Positions 1 through 10,120 of a DNA stretch of 64,000 nucleotides are shown piece by piece (the stretch's first letter is position 1; every line of letters starts with the position of its first letter). The translations under genes and the position numbers were made by a program. The notes under the pieces were generated by a model. That model made no database searches, was not told where the DNA came from, and saw only the letters and a list, made by a program, of their open reading frames with translations. Source of the DNA: Macrostomum lignano (taxonomy: Eukaryota); assembly GCA_002269645.1 (NCBI GenBank), contig NIVC01001075.1, positions 248,001-312,000 of the forward strand, given 5' to 3'.

Positions 1-2952
1 ACTGTGCAAAGTACTCGGACATCCATGCTGGCTAATCCATCGATTGAAAAGCGCCCTTGCCACCGTCCTTGCCTTCTGGTTGCGAAGCGGGTACGCGTCA
101 GGCCACTTCGTAAACGAATCTTGGACTGTCAGGAGATAAATGTTTCCAGCCTTACTCCGCGGTAGCGGCCCGACAATGTCCATCATGACGCAATCGAATG
201 GTGCTGCGAATGTCAACGGTTGCAGGGGTGCTCGGTTTCGCTTGCCCGGCTTTGACTTGCAGCAGGTGGCACAACCGCGAATATATTCTTCAATGGCACG
301 AGACAATCCTGGACGCCAGTAGCGCTGAAGCACTTTAAATTTTGTCTTCGCAAAGCCCATGTGGCCACCTCCCACTCCCTCGTGTAGGGTTTTCAAGATA
401 CGATCCAATGCCTTTCGTGGCAGCACCATTTGATACTCATCGCGCCTGTCTTTGTTTCTCACAAGGAGCACGTTCTCTTGCAGCACCAGGTCGTCTTTTC
501 GAGTCCAGACGGCTCTAGCCAGTGGACTCCAAGCTGTCTCGCTTTTATCTGGAACTGGGTTTGAGCCAAGCGCTTCCTTTACTGTTCTCAAATCGTCGTT
601 TTGATCCTGCTCGCTTGCCAGATTGCCGGCTGAGAATCGTTCAAATTCGACTGCATTTAGTCCTTCTGGATGCTGCGCACATGCCGGGCATGTCTCCGCT
701 CCGAAATGTCTCCGTACTGGCTTCCTCGACATTGCGTCCGCGTTGCCATGCGATCGACCTGGTCTGTGAACGATGCGGTACTGAAATGGAGCCAACTTCT
801 CCAACCAGCGAGCAACCTGTCCCTCGGCGTCACTGAAGTTTTTTAACCATTGCAGGCTGCTGTGGTCCGTTCGCAGACAGAACGCTTTTCCCAGCAGATA
901 GTATCTGAATTTCATGATGAAAGTCACAACCGCTAGTAGTTCTAAACGAGTCGTACAATAGTTGCGTTCGGCTTGATTTAGTGTCTTGGACCCATAGGCG
1001 ATCACTCGTTCTGCTCCATCTGGCTGGACTTGAGAAAGTACCGCTCCTATGCCCATCTTCGAACTGCCATCAGTATCGAGGATAAACTCTCCGGCATCCG
1101 GGGAGAAATCCGGATGAGCCATAACCTCTGAACTTGTCATTCGTTCCTTCAATGTTTCGAACGCCAGCTGCTGTTCCGTTTTCCATTCAAACTTTGCGTC
1201 TTTTGTTGTCAACCGAGTTAGAGGCGCTGCTATTGCGGCGAAATCTTTAATAAACTTTCTGTAATAGCCACACAGGCCCAAGAATGAATGCAGCTCCTTT
1301 GAGGATCGCGGTGTTGGCCAGTTCTTCACTTCTTGAACTTTCTCCTCATCGGTACTGATGCCAGCAGCCGACAGCGTGTGACCGAGAAATTTCACTTGCT
1401 TTTGCAAAAAGTGACACTTCTGGGGCTTCAGGCACAAATTTGCTTGCCGCAACTTGCTGAATATTTCCTCCAGTCTTCTCAGGTGTTCATCCACGTCGGT
1501 TGACCAAACCAGTAGATCGTCGATGTAGACGAGACAGGTTTTCCACATCTGCTTGTCCAAAACGGCTGCCATCAACCTGGTGAATGTTGCTGGGCTGTTC
1601 ACTAAGCCGAACGGCATAACCTTCCATCGAAATTGTCCGCGATGCGGCACTGCAAACGCCGTCTTGTCCTGATCCTGAGGTCTCACCCCTACTTGCCAAA
1701 ACCCGCTGTGAAGGTCCATTGTCGAGAAGATCTTGGCGCCGTGTACTGCCTCCAGCGCATCATCGACCCTCGGCATCGGCACTGCATCCTTGACGGTGAC
1801 CTCATTCAACTTCCGATAATCGACGCACATCCTCATTTCCCCTGATTTCTTCTTTACGCACACCAAAGGAAAGCACCATGGTGACTGTGCTTCTTCGATC
1901 TGCCCCTTTTCCAGCAACTCGTTGACTTGACGATCTACTTCTGGCTGTAAGTGGGGAGGCAGACGACGCGGTGGGATCTTGATTGGGCGCGCATTCTCGG
2001 TGTTAATTTCATGCTCCACCACGGTAGTTAACTTGCTTGAAGTCTGCTTGGTCGTGAACACATCGCCGTAACTCCGGACAAGGATTCTAAATTCTTCGTC
2101 TTCTTTCGTCGACAGTCCACAGTCGCCGTACGAGTTTGGTAGCAAGTCTGCTTCCGAAGGGCTGTCGCTGCCTTGGAACTTCGGCTCTTCCTGTGGATCG
2201 TCTCCTGACTCTACGGCTAAGAGCTTGATGGTGTTCAACGGTTCGGTGGATTCTAGGGGGCAGAACCACCCGAGCGTACAACCTTGGCGAATTCTGACTG
2301 GCTCCTCCGTGATATTGATGAGTCGAGTCGGCAGACGGCTGCCGCTATTTGGGATCACTAAGGCCTTAGCAAGCCAGCGGCCAGCTGCCAAATCGTTCGC
2401 CCCGAGATTCTCAGTTAGACCGACACACCCTCTGTTCCGTCGTCCTTTGCTCTCCAGCCTTGCTGACAGCACTGCTTGATGACCTGGCGGTATTGTGCTG
2501 GACCTTGTCGCCAAAATTCTGCAAACGATCGGGCGCTCAGCTTGCCATCGGAACGGGATTGCAGAGTCCTGCACTGAAAAGACAGCTCTCTTGTAGTCGA
2601 TGACGCAACTGTTGTCCCTGCAGAAGTCGGATCCCAATACCAGTTGGTACTTCACTCCGCTGACTACCAAGGCTGGAGTATCTATTACTTTATCAGCGAT
2701 TGACAGTCGCAACAGGACTGTCCTCTCGATTTCGATCGGGCTGCCGTTTGCTAAGCTAACGTAGCCTTCAGCACCGGCCAAATCTCTGACGCTCTGTTTC
2801 GGCATACTTTGGTAAGCTTCCCGTGAGATAATGGTGCAGGAAGCTCCCGAGTCCACTAGCGCGTTCACCCTCCGCCCTGCGATTGAGGCCGTAACATATA
2901 TCGACGCAGGATTGATTTGAATTGACTGAGGTGCGTTGACGGTGATTGGGCG
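1..2952 (-). CDS. pol: Pol polyprotein (protease, RT, RNase H, integrase), partial; 984 codons without a stop
   Basis: Manual translation: LVDSGAS (PR), MDLHSGFWQV, MPFGL, YIDD at 1516-1527 (RT), LDTDGS...TDH (RNase H), LHEGVGGGH...CATC (IN zinc finger), DIVGP...DSFTKWP (IN core). Probably missing from the ORF track because it runs off the window. Confidence 0.95.
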
Positions 2953-3819
2953 CTACGACTGTGCAAAACCGGCTAGTTGATGGTGAGGTGCAGTACCGGA
3001 CGCTGGGGGCTGATGAGGCACTGTACCGGACACTAGATGCTGATGAGACGCAGTACCGGACACTGGAGGCTGATGAGACGCAGTACCGGACACTGGATGC
3101 TGATGAGATACTGTACCGGACACTGGAGGCTGATGAGACGCAGTACCGGACACTGGATGCTGATGAGATACTGTACCGGACACTGGAGGCTGATGAGACG
3201 CAGTACCGGACACTGGAGGCTGATGAGACGCTGTACCGGACACTGGATGCTGATGAGGCGCAGTACCGGACACTGGATGCTGATGAGGCGCAGTACCGGA
3301 CACTGGATGCTGATGAGGTACTGTACCGAACACTGGATGCTGATGAGACGCAGTACCGGACACTGGAGGCTGATGAGACGCTGTACCGGACACTGGATGC
3401 TGATGAGGCGCAGTACCGGACACTGGATGCTGATGAGACGCAGTACCGGACACTGGAGGCTGATGAGACGCTGTACCGGACACTGGATGCTGATGAGGCG
3501 CAGTATCGGACACTGGATGCTGATGAGCCGCAGTACCGGACACTGGATGCTGATGAGGTACTGTACCGGACACTGGAGGCTGACGAGACGCAGTACCGGA
3601 CACTGGAGGCTGATGAAGCGCGGTACCGGACACTGGATGCTGATGAGGCGCAGTACCGGACACTGGATTCTGATGAGGCGCAGTACCGGACACTGGAGGC
3701 TGATGAGATGCGGTACCGGGCGTTTGATGATGATGAGATGAGATGACGGCTTGTTCGGAGGCTGACGAATTGCAGGGGCTCACTTGCCTCCAGCTGGTGG
3801 GCCCCTCTTGCCTTTTCCC
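2953..3819 (-). CDS. Putative trans-frame spacer ORF (His/Pro/Ser/Gln-rich 10-aa repeats), -1 frame of gag and same frame as pol, ending in TAG at 2953-2955
   Basis: Frame arithmetic; entered at G_GGA_AAA; the codon after TAG begins RPITVNAPQ...LVDSGAS. Confidence 0.55.
   Translation of the reverse strand, partial: GKRQEGPTSWRQVSPCNSSASEQAVISSHHHQTPGTASHQPPVSGTAPHQNPVSGTAPHQHPVSGTALHQPPVSGTASRQPPVSGTVPHQHPVSGTAAHQHPVSDTAPHQHPVSGTASHQPPVSGTASHQHPVSGTAPHQHPVSGTASHQPPVSGTASHQHPVFGTVPHQHPVSGTAPHQHPVSGTAPHQHPVSGTASHQPPVSGTASHQPPVSGTVSHQHPVSGTASHQPPVSGTVSHQHPVSGTASHQPPVSGTASHQHLVSGTVPHQPPASGTAPHHQLAGFAQS
2991..3745. repeat. 30-bp tandem array, about 25 units (CACTGGATGCTGATGAGGCGCAGTACCGGA)
   Basis: Period directly visible: two units per 60-nt line. 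Confidence 0.97.
3774..3819 (-). promoter_or_regulatory. Candidate -1 ribosomal frameshift signal: heptamer G_GGA_AAA (3819-3813), 6-nt spacer, hairpin AGGGGC...GCCCCT
   Basis: Fits X_XXY_YYZ in the gag frame; the stem spans the gag TGA. Confidence 0.7.
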
Positions 3820-4712
3820 GGCTTTGGGCACTGGAATGAGAGATGGCCTATCTCCCCGCAGTTGTAGCACTTGACACCGCTACGCTGCTTCGAGCTGGAC
3901 GGAGCCGCCTGCTTGGATTGTTGCTTGTCTTGAAGGCCGGGTTCGGGCGGCTCCTGCTGGCCCTGCTGCATCTGCTCCATCCGTCGGATCTTTTCTTCCA
4001 TTTCCTTTACTTTTTGACGCAGTTGGCGTAGCTCCTCGTCTTTGCCGGTGTCACCTGTCGACGTTTCGGTGGCAAAGGCATTCAGCCCAGCCCTGGGTCT
4101 GGCTTTGGACTGGGTCGAAGACGCCTTCTGGGCTGCTTCAAGTTGTCTTACTGTTCGAATGGCATCGGTGAGGTTGGCCGGCTGCTGCAGGTACAGTCTT
4201 TCTCGGACAGTGTCGGTTACTCGAACGCCTTTTAGAAATCTGTCTTTCGCCAGCTCTGTCCTGGTGTCGGCATCCGCGGTGGGGAAGGCATTGCGCACCA
4301 ACTCCAGCAGCTCGTCCCCGTAGGTCTCCACAGACTCCTTGTCTAGCTGATCTCGATTCGATAATTCAAAACGGTAGTCCTGGGCTGTTCTGTTCATGGT
4401 GAACCGCGCCAGTAGTGCATCCGTGAATTCCCCGTACTCGATGTCGTCTGCCAAGTCCAGCTTATCAACGGCAGCGTAGGCTGTTGTGAGGTCGAGTAGG
4501 CCGATCAGGTGCGGCCGCCTGGCTTCTTCTTCTATACCGACAGCCTCGCAGTACTCGTTGAAACTCTGCAGCCATAGGCTGAAATTCATCGTTGGTATGT
4601 ACTTGGGCGGCTTCGAGAGTCGTGGCGCTGCTCGGTCGGCGTTGGCTCTGAGGCGCGCAGCCAGCGCATCGATCAGTTGGTCCATAGCTTGATCACCCAT
4701 GGCCGAAGTCAC
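3780..4712 (-). CDS. gag: Gag (capsid-like region plus CCHC zinc knuckle), 310 aa
   Basis: CYNCGEIGHLSFQC knuckle; Gypsy-type capsid pattern (NFSLWLQSF...ESVETYGDEL...DRFLKGV); upstream of pol. Confidence 0.93.
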   Translation of the reverse strand: MTSAMGDQAMDQLIDALAARLRANADRAAPRLSKPPKYIPTMNFSLWLQSFNEYCEAVGIEEEARRPHLIGLLDLTTAYAAVDKLDLADDIEYGEFTDALLARFTMNRTAQDYRFELSNRDQLDKESVETYGDELLELVRNAFPTADADTRTELAKDRFLKGVRVTDTVRERLYLQQPANLTDAIRTVRQLEAAQKASSTQSKARPRAGLNAFATETSTGDTGKDEELRQLRQKVKEMEEKIRRMEQMQQGQQEPPEPGLQDKQQSKQAAPSSSKQRSGVKCYNCGEIGHLSFQCPKPGKGKRGPPAGGK

Positions 4713-4924
4713 TGAATACCGTTGCTACTCTTTACTCTGAGGTGGTGATAGCTATCGATCTCTGATAACCAATCAGTTGTCTGTCACCGTGATCAATGTC
4801 TTTTGCGGTAGGGCAATAGCCGCAAGCGATAAGCAACAGTCGTTTTAATAAGAAAAAACGCTCACAATATGACAGCAATTTTCATAGAAAGCAACTGAGC
4901 CGACTTTCAATCTTTGGGGACAGG

Positions 4925-4942
4925 GTCCCTGTTCGGGCGCCA
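4925..4942 (-). promoter_or_regulatory. Primer-binding site TGGCGCCCGAACAGGGAC (tRNA-Lys UUU type)
   Basis: 18-mer starting TGG, 3 nt from the LTR end ...TTACAACA. Confidence 0.88.
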
Positions 4943-4945
4943 ATT

Positions 4946-5814
4946 TGTTGTAACCCGGGTCGGCTTGGGTGCCCAGTCCCGAGTACAATATATATTATAT
5001 GTGATATAACAGGCGTTGTGACGCTCTGTCTGTACTTTTATGAATACGACGAGCAGGCGTGGCGACGCTCTGCGATAATAATTCGATCCCTCTGGTGTTG
5101 TGACACTCAGAGTTCACGCTGCGGCTCGAGGTGTGGTGACACTCTCGAGTGCTTCTATTCTCTATACCGTAGGGCGTACGCAATATATATGGTAAACGGT
5201 ACCGTACTACAGAAGCTATATGGTCTTCCGGCGTTATGACGCTCTGGCAAGAATTCGGCCTAGCAAGCTTCCCGGAAAGAAAGGACTCAAACAGCAGGCG
5301 GCTTACCAGTGGCCAGATGACTGTTCACCGTTTATTATTCGCAGGTCTCAAGCGCAGTTTCCGACTTCTTCTTAATTCTCCAAGACTCTTCTCAATTAGG
5401 CTATTGTGTTTCTTTTATCCAAGTAGCTAATGTTGCTGTTTCTTTTATCAGGTCTCGCGCTTGCACTCTCGGAGCACACCAAAACACAAAAAGCACGCAG
5501 GTGGTGGGCAAGAGCCAGAGTCGCACCATAAATAGCACCCAAACCCTGGGGCAGACGGCCCCACCGGCTAAGCTCACCAAAACAAACCACGCCGGCCCAG
5601 CCAATCAAAACCCCGCCTAAGGGGGGAGGGGCTGCACCCGCGCCAAAGCTGGCCCGGCCGCAGCCAACCAGCCCTAAGCACGGGGCAGGGGCACGGCTGG
5701 GGAGGGGCACGCGCAAAGCCCGGCCGGGGCCAGACCCTGCCACGCCCGCCAACCCCCCCAACCAGCCCCAAAGTGCAACGCGCACTGCCAACTGACAAGG
5801 GCGCATGCACTACA
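4946..5814 (-). repeat. Putative 5' LTR, about 870 bp
   Basis: Minus strand starts TGTAG and ends AACA beside the PBS; CCAAT/GC box near 5600-5618, TATTTAT near 5530, AATAAA near 5331. The outer boundary is unconfirmed because the second LTR is outside the window. Confidence 0.6.
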
Positions 5815-6032
5815 CTGTTAATTTCAAAAGGCCCTCAAAAAAATTGCTCCACCAATTGCAGACTAAAGGTGGCTGTCAGCCTTAAGTTCGCAAAGAGCTG
5901 ACGTCATGTAGCGTTTAAAAGTTCACGGCAACCTTGCCAGTTGACTCTCTGGCTTCTCTCAAAGCGTGTTTTCTCTTTGAGTTGCTTTCAAATTTCCAAA
6001 GTCGTTTATAAAAGAGAAGATTCTATCAAGGG

Positions 6033-6148
6033 TTGGTTTGTGTCAGAATTGGCGCCAATAAGTGGTTTGTGACAGCATTGGCGCCAACAAGTGGTTTGTG
6101 TCAGCATTGGCGCCAACAGTTGTTTGTGTCAGCATTGGCGCCAACAAG
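6033..6148. repeat. 29-bp tandem repeat, 4 copies (TGGTTTGTGTCAGCATTGGCGCCAACAAG)
   Basis: Direct inspection. Confidence 0.9.
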
Positions 6149-6639
6149 GCGCTATGCTAGAATGGACCAGACGAACCTCAGGAAAGTCAGCCATCAGAAA
6201 ACTTGAAGAAGGCATTCCAAACAGGAGCTACAGGGAAGCGCAGGTTTGCACGCAACCGTTGCTTCCAATTTCAAAGAGTTTCTTTTGACAAGAAATTGCT
6301 CCAATTACAAGTGACTGATGCGTTGGTTGCGTGAGTGCGGATTGCCTGTTTGCTTGGCCTGGCAGCGCGGCACGATAGCTGTGAGTTGGCTGGAATTTCG
6401 GACCAACATCTTAATTTTATTCTTTATTTTCGTCTCAGTGCCTCAGATTTCTCATTTCTCATAATTCATTAGGAGTTTCTGCGCGAAAAATGTTTTTATT
6501 GTTTAACGCATTTTAGCCTACTATTCAATAGTAGTATGGAAAATTGAAGATAGTCCATTTAAATGCATTCTTTAAATGGGTAAAAAGTTTCTGCTCTCTG
6601 ACACACTCAGCTACAGACTTAGGCTGCCGGTTCTGCCGA

Positions 6640-7170
6640 CTCAGAATCAGCTACCGAATGAGCTACCGACTTAACTGCAGACTCAGCTACAGACTCAGCT
6701 ACCGACTCAGCTATAAACTCAGCTAAAGACTGAGCTGCAGACTCAGCTACATAATCAGCTGCAGACTCAGATGCAGACTCAGCTTCCGACTCAGCTATAA
6801 ACTCAGCTAAAGACTGAGCTACAGACTCAGCTACAGACTCAGCTACATACTCAGCTACAAACTCAGCTACCGACTCAGCTATAAACTCAGCTAAAGACTG
6901 AACTGCAGACTCTGCTACAGACTCAGCTGCAGACTCAGCTACAGACTCAGCTACAGACTCAGCTAAAGATTCAGCTACCGACTCAGCTACAAACTCAGCT
7001 AAAGACTCAGCGATGGACTGAGCTGCAGACTCAGCTACAGACTTAAATTCAAACTCAGTTACAGACTCAGCTTCCAACATAGCCACATACTTTTTCACCG
7101 TCCGCTGGAGTCTCAGCAAACTCAGCTACAGACTCAGCTACAGACTCAGCTGCAGACTCAGCTACAGACT
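6640..7170. repeat. 12-bp minisatellite (GACTCAGCTACA / GACTCAGCTGCA)
   Basis: Direct inspection; produces the AESV ORF. Confidence 0.92.
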
Positions 7171-7448
7171 AGTATCCACTGAGAGCTAAGCAGATGACAG
7201 TAGTGAATATGATTTAAAAAACGAAAGTTATACTTTAAATATTGAATTAACAAAATCAGCCTTATTTAGATAGTGAACTTCTGTGCTTTAATTGAAAAAT
7301 ATATTTAATAAAATATACTCGTAAGTAGCTCTTAGTACACACAGAATTTTTTATAAATATTTGCCGTATAAAGTTATACCTGCCATCCAGATTTATGAAT
7401 AACTTCATTAGAGCTTCTCAAAAGTTTTACTGAATTCCATAATGATGT

Positions 7449-7556
7449 TTACAGCAGACACTCCTGAACATATTTGTGCTTCTTCTCGTCCCACGTCTGG
7501 AAGCAGCTCTTGCGGCTGGAATTACAGAATGTCTCACGGTGAGATGGGACTGCGGT

Positions 7557-7587
<31 letters not shown>

Positions 7588-7590
7588 TAG

Positions 7591-7635
<45 letters not shown>

Positions 7636-7638
7636 TAG

Positions 7639-7679
<41 letters not shown>

Positions 7680-7682
7680 TAG

Positions 7683-7731
<49 letters not shown>

Positions 7732-7734
7732 TAG

Positions 7735-7775
<41 letters not shown>

Positions 7776-7799
7776 TAGTGTCTTAGTGTCTGTCTGTCC

Positions 7800-7887
<88 letters not shown>

Positions 7888-7906
7888 TAGTGTCTGTCTG
7901 TCTTAG

Positions 7907-7951
<45 letters not shown>

Positions 7952-7979
7952 TAGTGTCTGTCTGTCCGTCTGTCTGTCC

Positions 7980-8029
<50 letters not shown>

Positions 8030-8032
8030 ATC

Positions 8033-8069
<37 letters not shown>

Positions 8070-8400
8070 TTGTATCTCTGTCTGTCTGTCTGTCTGTCTG
8101 TAAACACAAACGGCAATTTAATCTTACTTGAGCTGCCGGTTGAGCTCCTCATCCAGGTCCTGAGCAGACTCAGCTGCATCTGCTGTACAAAAAGTGTTGA
8201 GCAGTTGCTGAGTTACTTAAATCTTAAGTCATTTCAAATGCTCCGGTGATCGGATCGCTGAGTCAGCAAATTTTGACTTTACCCTCATCGCTGTCAAAAA
8301 GCTCAGCATCTTCAGCTTCATCTTGGTCCCGCAACGGGGCGGCCCGAGTAGCAGTGGAGGCCGCTAGGGCGAACAACACCAGCGCTAGCCAACACTTCAT
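7449..8400 (-). CDS. Small secreted peptide precursor, 79 aa, exons 8400-8283, 8182-8128, 7515-7449
   Basis: ATG at 8400; donors G|GTAAAG and AA|GTAAGA; acceptors TTTTTGTACAG and TAATTCCAG; phases 1 and 2 join in frame (118+55+67=240 nt). Product [79 protein letters not shown]. Confidence 0.82.
7558..8101. repeat. (TCTG)n microsatellite with TTAGTG interruptions, in intron 2 of the peptide gene
   Basis: Direct inspection. Confidence 0.97.
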
Positions 8401-8908
8401 GGTTAATTTAGAATATCACTTAAAAAGTATACAAAACAGAATGGTATGCTTTCTTCTTGGAAAGTTCGGTTGTCTTGTCTATCGAATTTATATAAGCTTC
8501 ATACTTGTAAGGTTCGCTCTTTGTCTGTCTGCTTCACGTGGCGACTGGCGCACAGAGAGGCTTTGGGGTTTGAGCTGAGAATGGCTGTCGATTGTGCTCG
8601 GCATAGCCTTGCTCACGTTTTTTTTCTGCGACACGTGATTTGAGGGGTTGAGACGGGGTCTATTGTGACCTTTGGATGCAGTTGTAAATTTTTTTATTAT
8701 AATTTTTTAACAAGAATAGCAGCACTCAGCATTGCTTGGACACTTTTTAGCCGCTAAATGTTGCAGGTTGCAGCCTCTCTATGACTCAACACAGCTCTGT
8801 GTGTGTAAAAGTTCTATTAGGTGGTCAGGCTGCAGGGTTGAGTTAATATTTCTAATTAAACTCACTTCTAGCAATTTGTTTAGTGCTTTCTTTAAGAGAA
8901 AAACAGTT

Positions 8909-9650
8909 TTCAGTCCCTATCTACAGGTGTTCAGTCTCTGTCTACAGGTGTTCAGTCTCTGTCTACAGGTGTTCAGTCCCTATCTACAGGTGTTCAGTCT
9001 CTGTCTACAGGTGTTCAGTCTCTGTCTACAGGTGTTCAGTCTCTGTCTACAGGTGTTCAGTCCCTATCTACAGGTGTTCAGTCTCTGTCTACAGGTGTTC
9101 AGTCTCTGTCTACAGGTGTTCAGTCCCTGTCTACAGGTGTTCAGTCCCTGTCTACAGTTGTTCAGTCCCTATCTACAGGTGTTCAGTCTCTGTCTACAGG
9201 TGTTCAGTCTCTGTCTACAGGTGTTCAGTCCCTATCTACAGGTGTTCAGTCTCTGTCTACAGGTGTTCAGTCTCTGTCTACAGGTGTTCAGTCCCTGTCT
9301 ACAGGTGTTCAGTCCCTGTCTACAGTTGTTCAGTCTCTGTCTACAGGGGTTCAGTCCCTGTCTACAGGTGTTCAGTCCCTGTCTACAGGTGTTCAGTCCC
9401 TGTCTACTGGTGTTCAGTCCCTATCTACAGGTTTTCATTTCCTGTCTACAGGTTTTGAGTCTCTATCTACAGGTGCTAAGTCTCTATCTGCAAGTGCTAA
9501 GTCTCTATCTACAGTTGCTAAGTCTATCTACAGGTGCTGAGTCTCCATCTACAGGTGCTGAGTCTCCATCTACAGGTGCTGAGTCTCCATCTACAGGTCC
9601 TGAGTCTACATCTACGGGTGCTGAGTCTCTTTCTACATTTTCTCCATTAG
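8909..9650 (+). repeat. 21-bp minisatellite (CTACAGGTGTTCAGTCTCTGT), degenerating rightwards
   Basis: Direct inspection. Confidence 0.95.
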
Positions 9651-10120
9651 CTTCAATTTTCCTTTAAAATTGTTACTTATTCCTATTAGTAGGCTGATAG
9701 AAACATTGTTATTTGGCACACAGATTTTTATTGTATTAATCTGCAGATGGAATTACTTGCAGCTTACAGAAAAACCAGATTATATAATCAATAAAGGCCC
9801 GGATTTCACTTAGTTCATTCTGCATTAAGCCTAGCAAAAATTATGCTAATACGGTTCAGAATCCGCATTAGTTCGCATACCTGAGTCATCGCGCGGACAT
9901 GGGGCCTTGACCCGTGCCCTGCCCACTTTGTGCGACTTTGTTAAACCCCAGTAATTAATCCGGCAATGTAAAACTTTGCCTTCCATGATTTTTTCGATAC
10001 AAATATGCTAATTTTTTATTGGACTGTGGGGAAGACCTTTGAAAGAAAAATTTTCTGCTAAAATTACCTGCCTATGTTTGCACGCCATCTGTAAAGGTTC
10101 CTAGTGTGGTGAAGGATAAG

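Larger units (their letters stand above)
1..5814 (-). mobile_element. Ty3/Gypsy LTR retrotransposon, 5' portion (LTR-PBS-gag-spacer-pol), runs off the window start
   Basis: Domain order PR-RT-RNaseH-IN on the minus strand, gag with CCHC knuckle, PBS next to a TG...CA bounded LTR candidate. Confidence 0.95.

Noticed and set aside
2946-3746. Plus-strand 266-aa (YRTLDADEAQ)n and 234-aa ORFs
   Set aside because: Antisense readings of the stop-free 30-bp array inside the retrotransposon; no independent gene signals.
6619-7119. 166-aa acidic (AESV)n ORF as an alternative exon of the peptide gene
   Set aside because: The only acceptor opening this frame is phase 0, while the gene's donors are phase 1 and 2.
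8121-8171. F-box-like [16 protein letters not shown] on the plus strand
   Set aside because: Exact antisense of peptide-gene exon 2; no plus-strand start or downstream domain.
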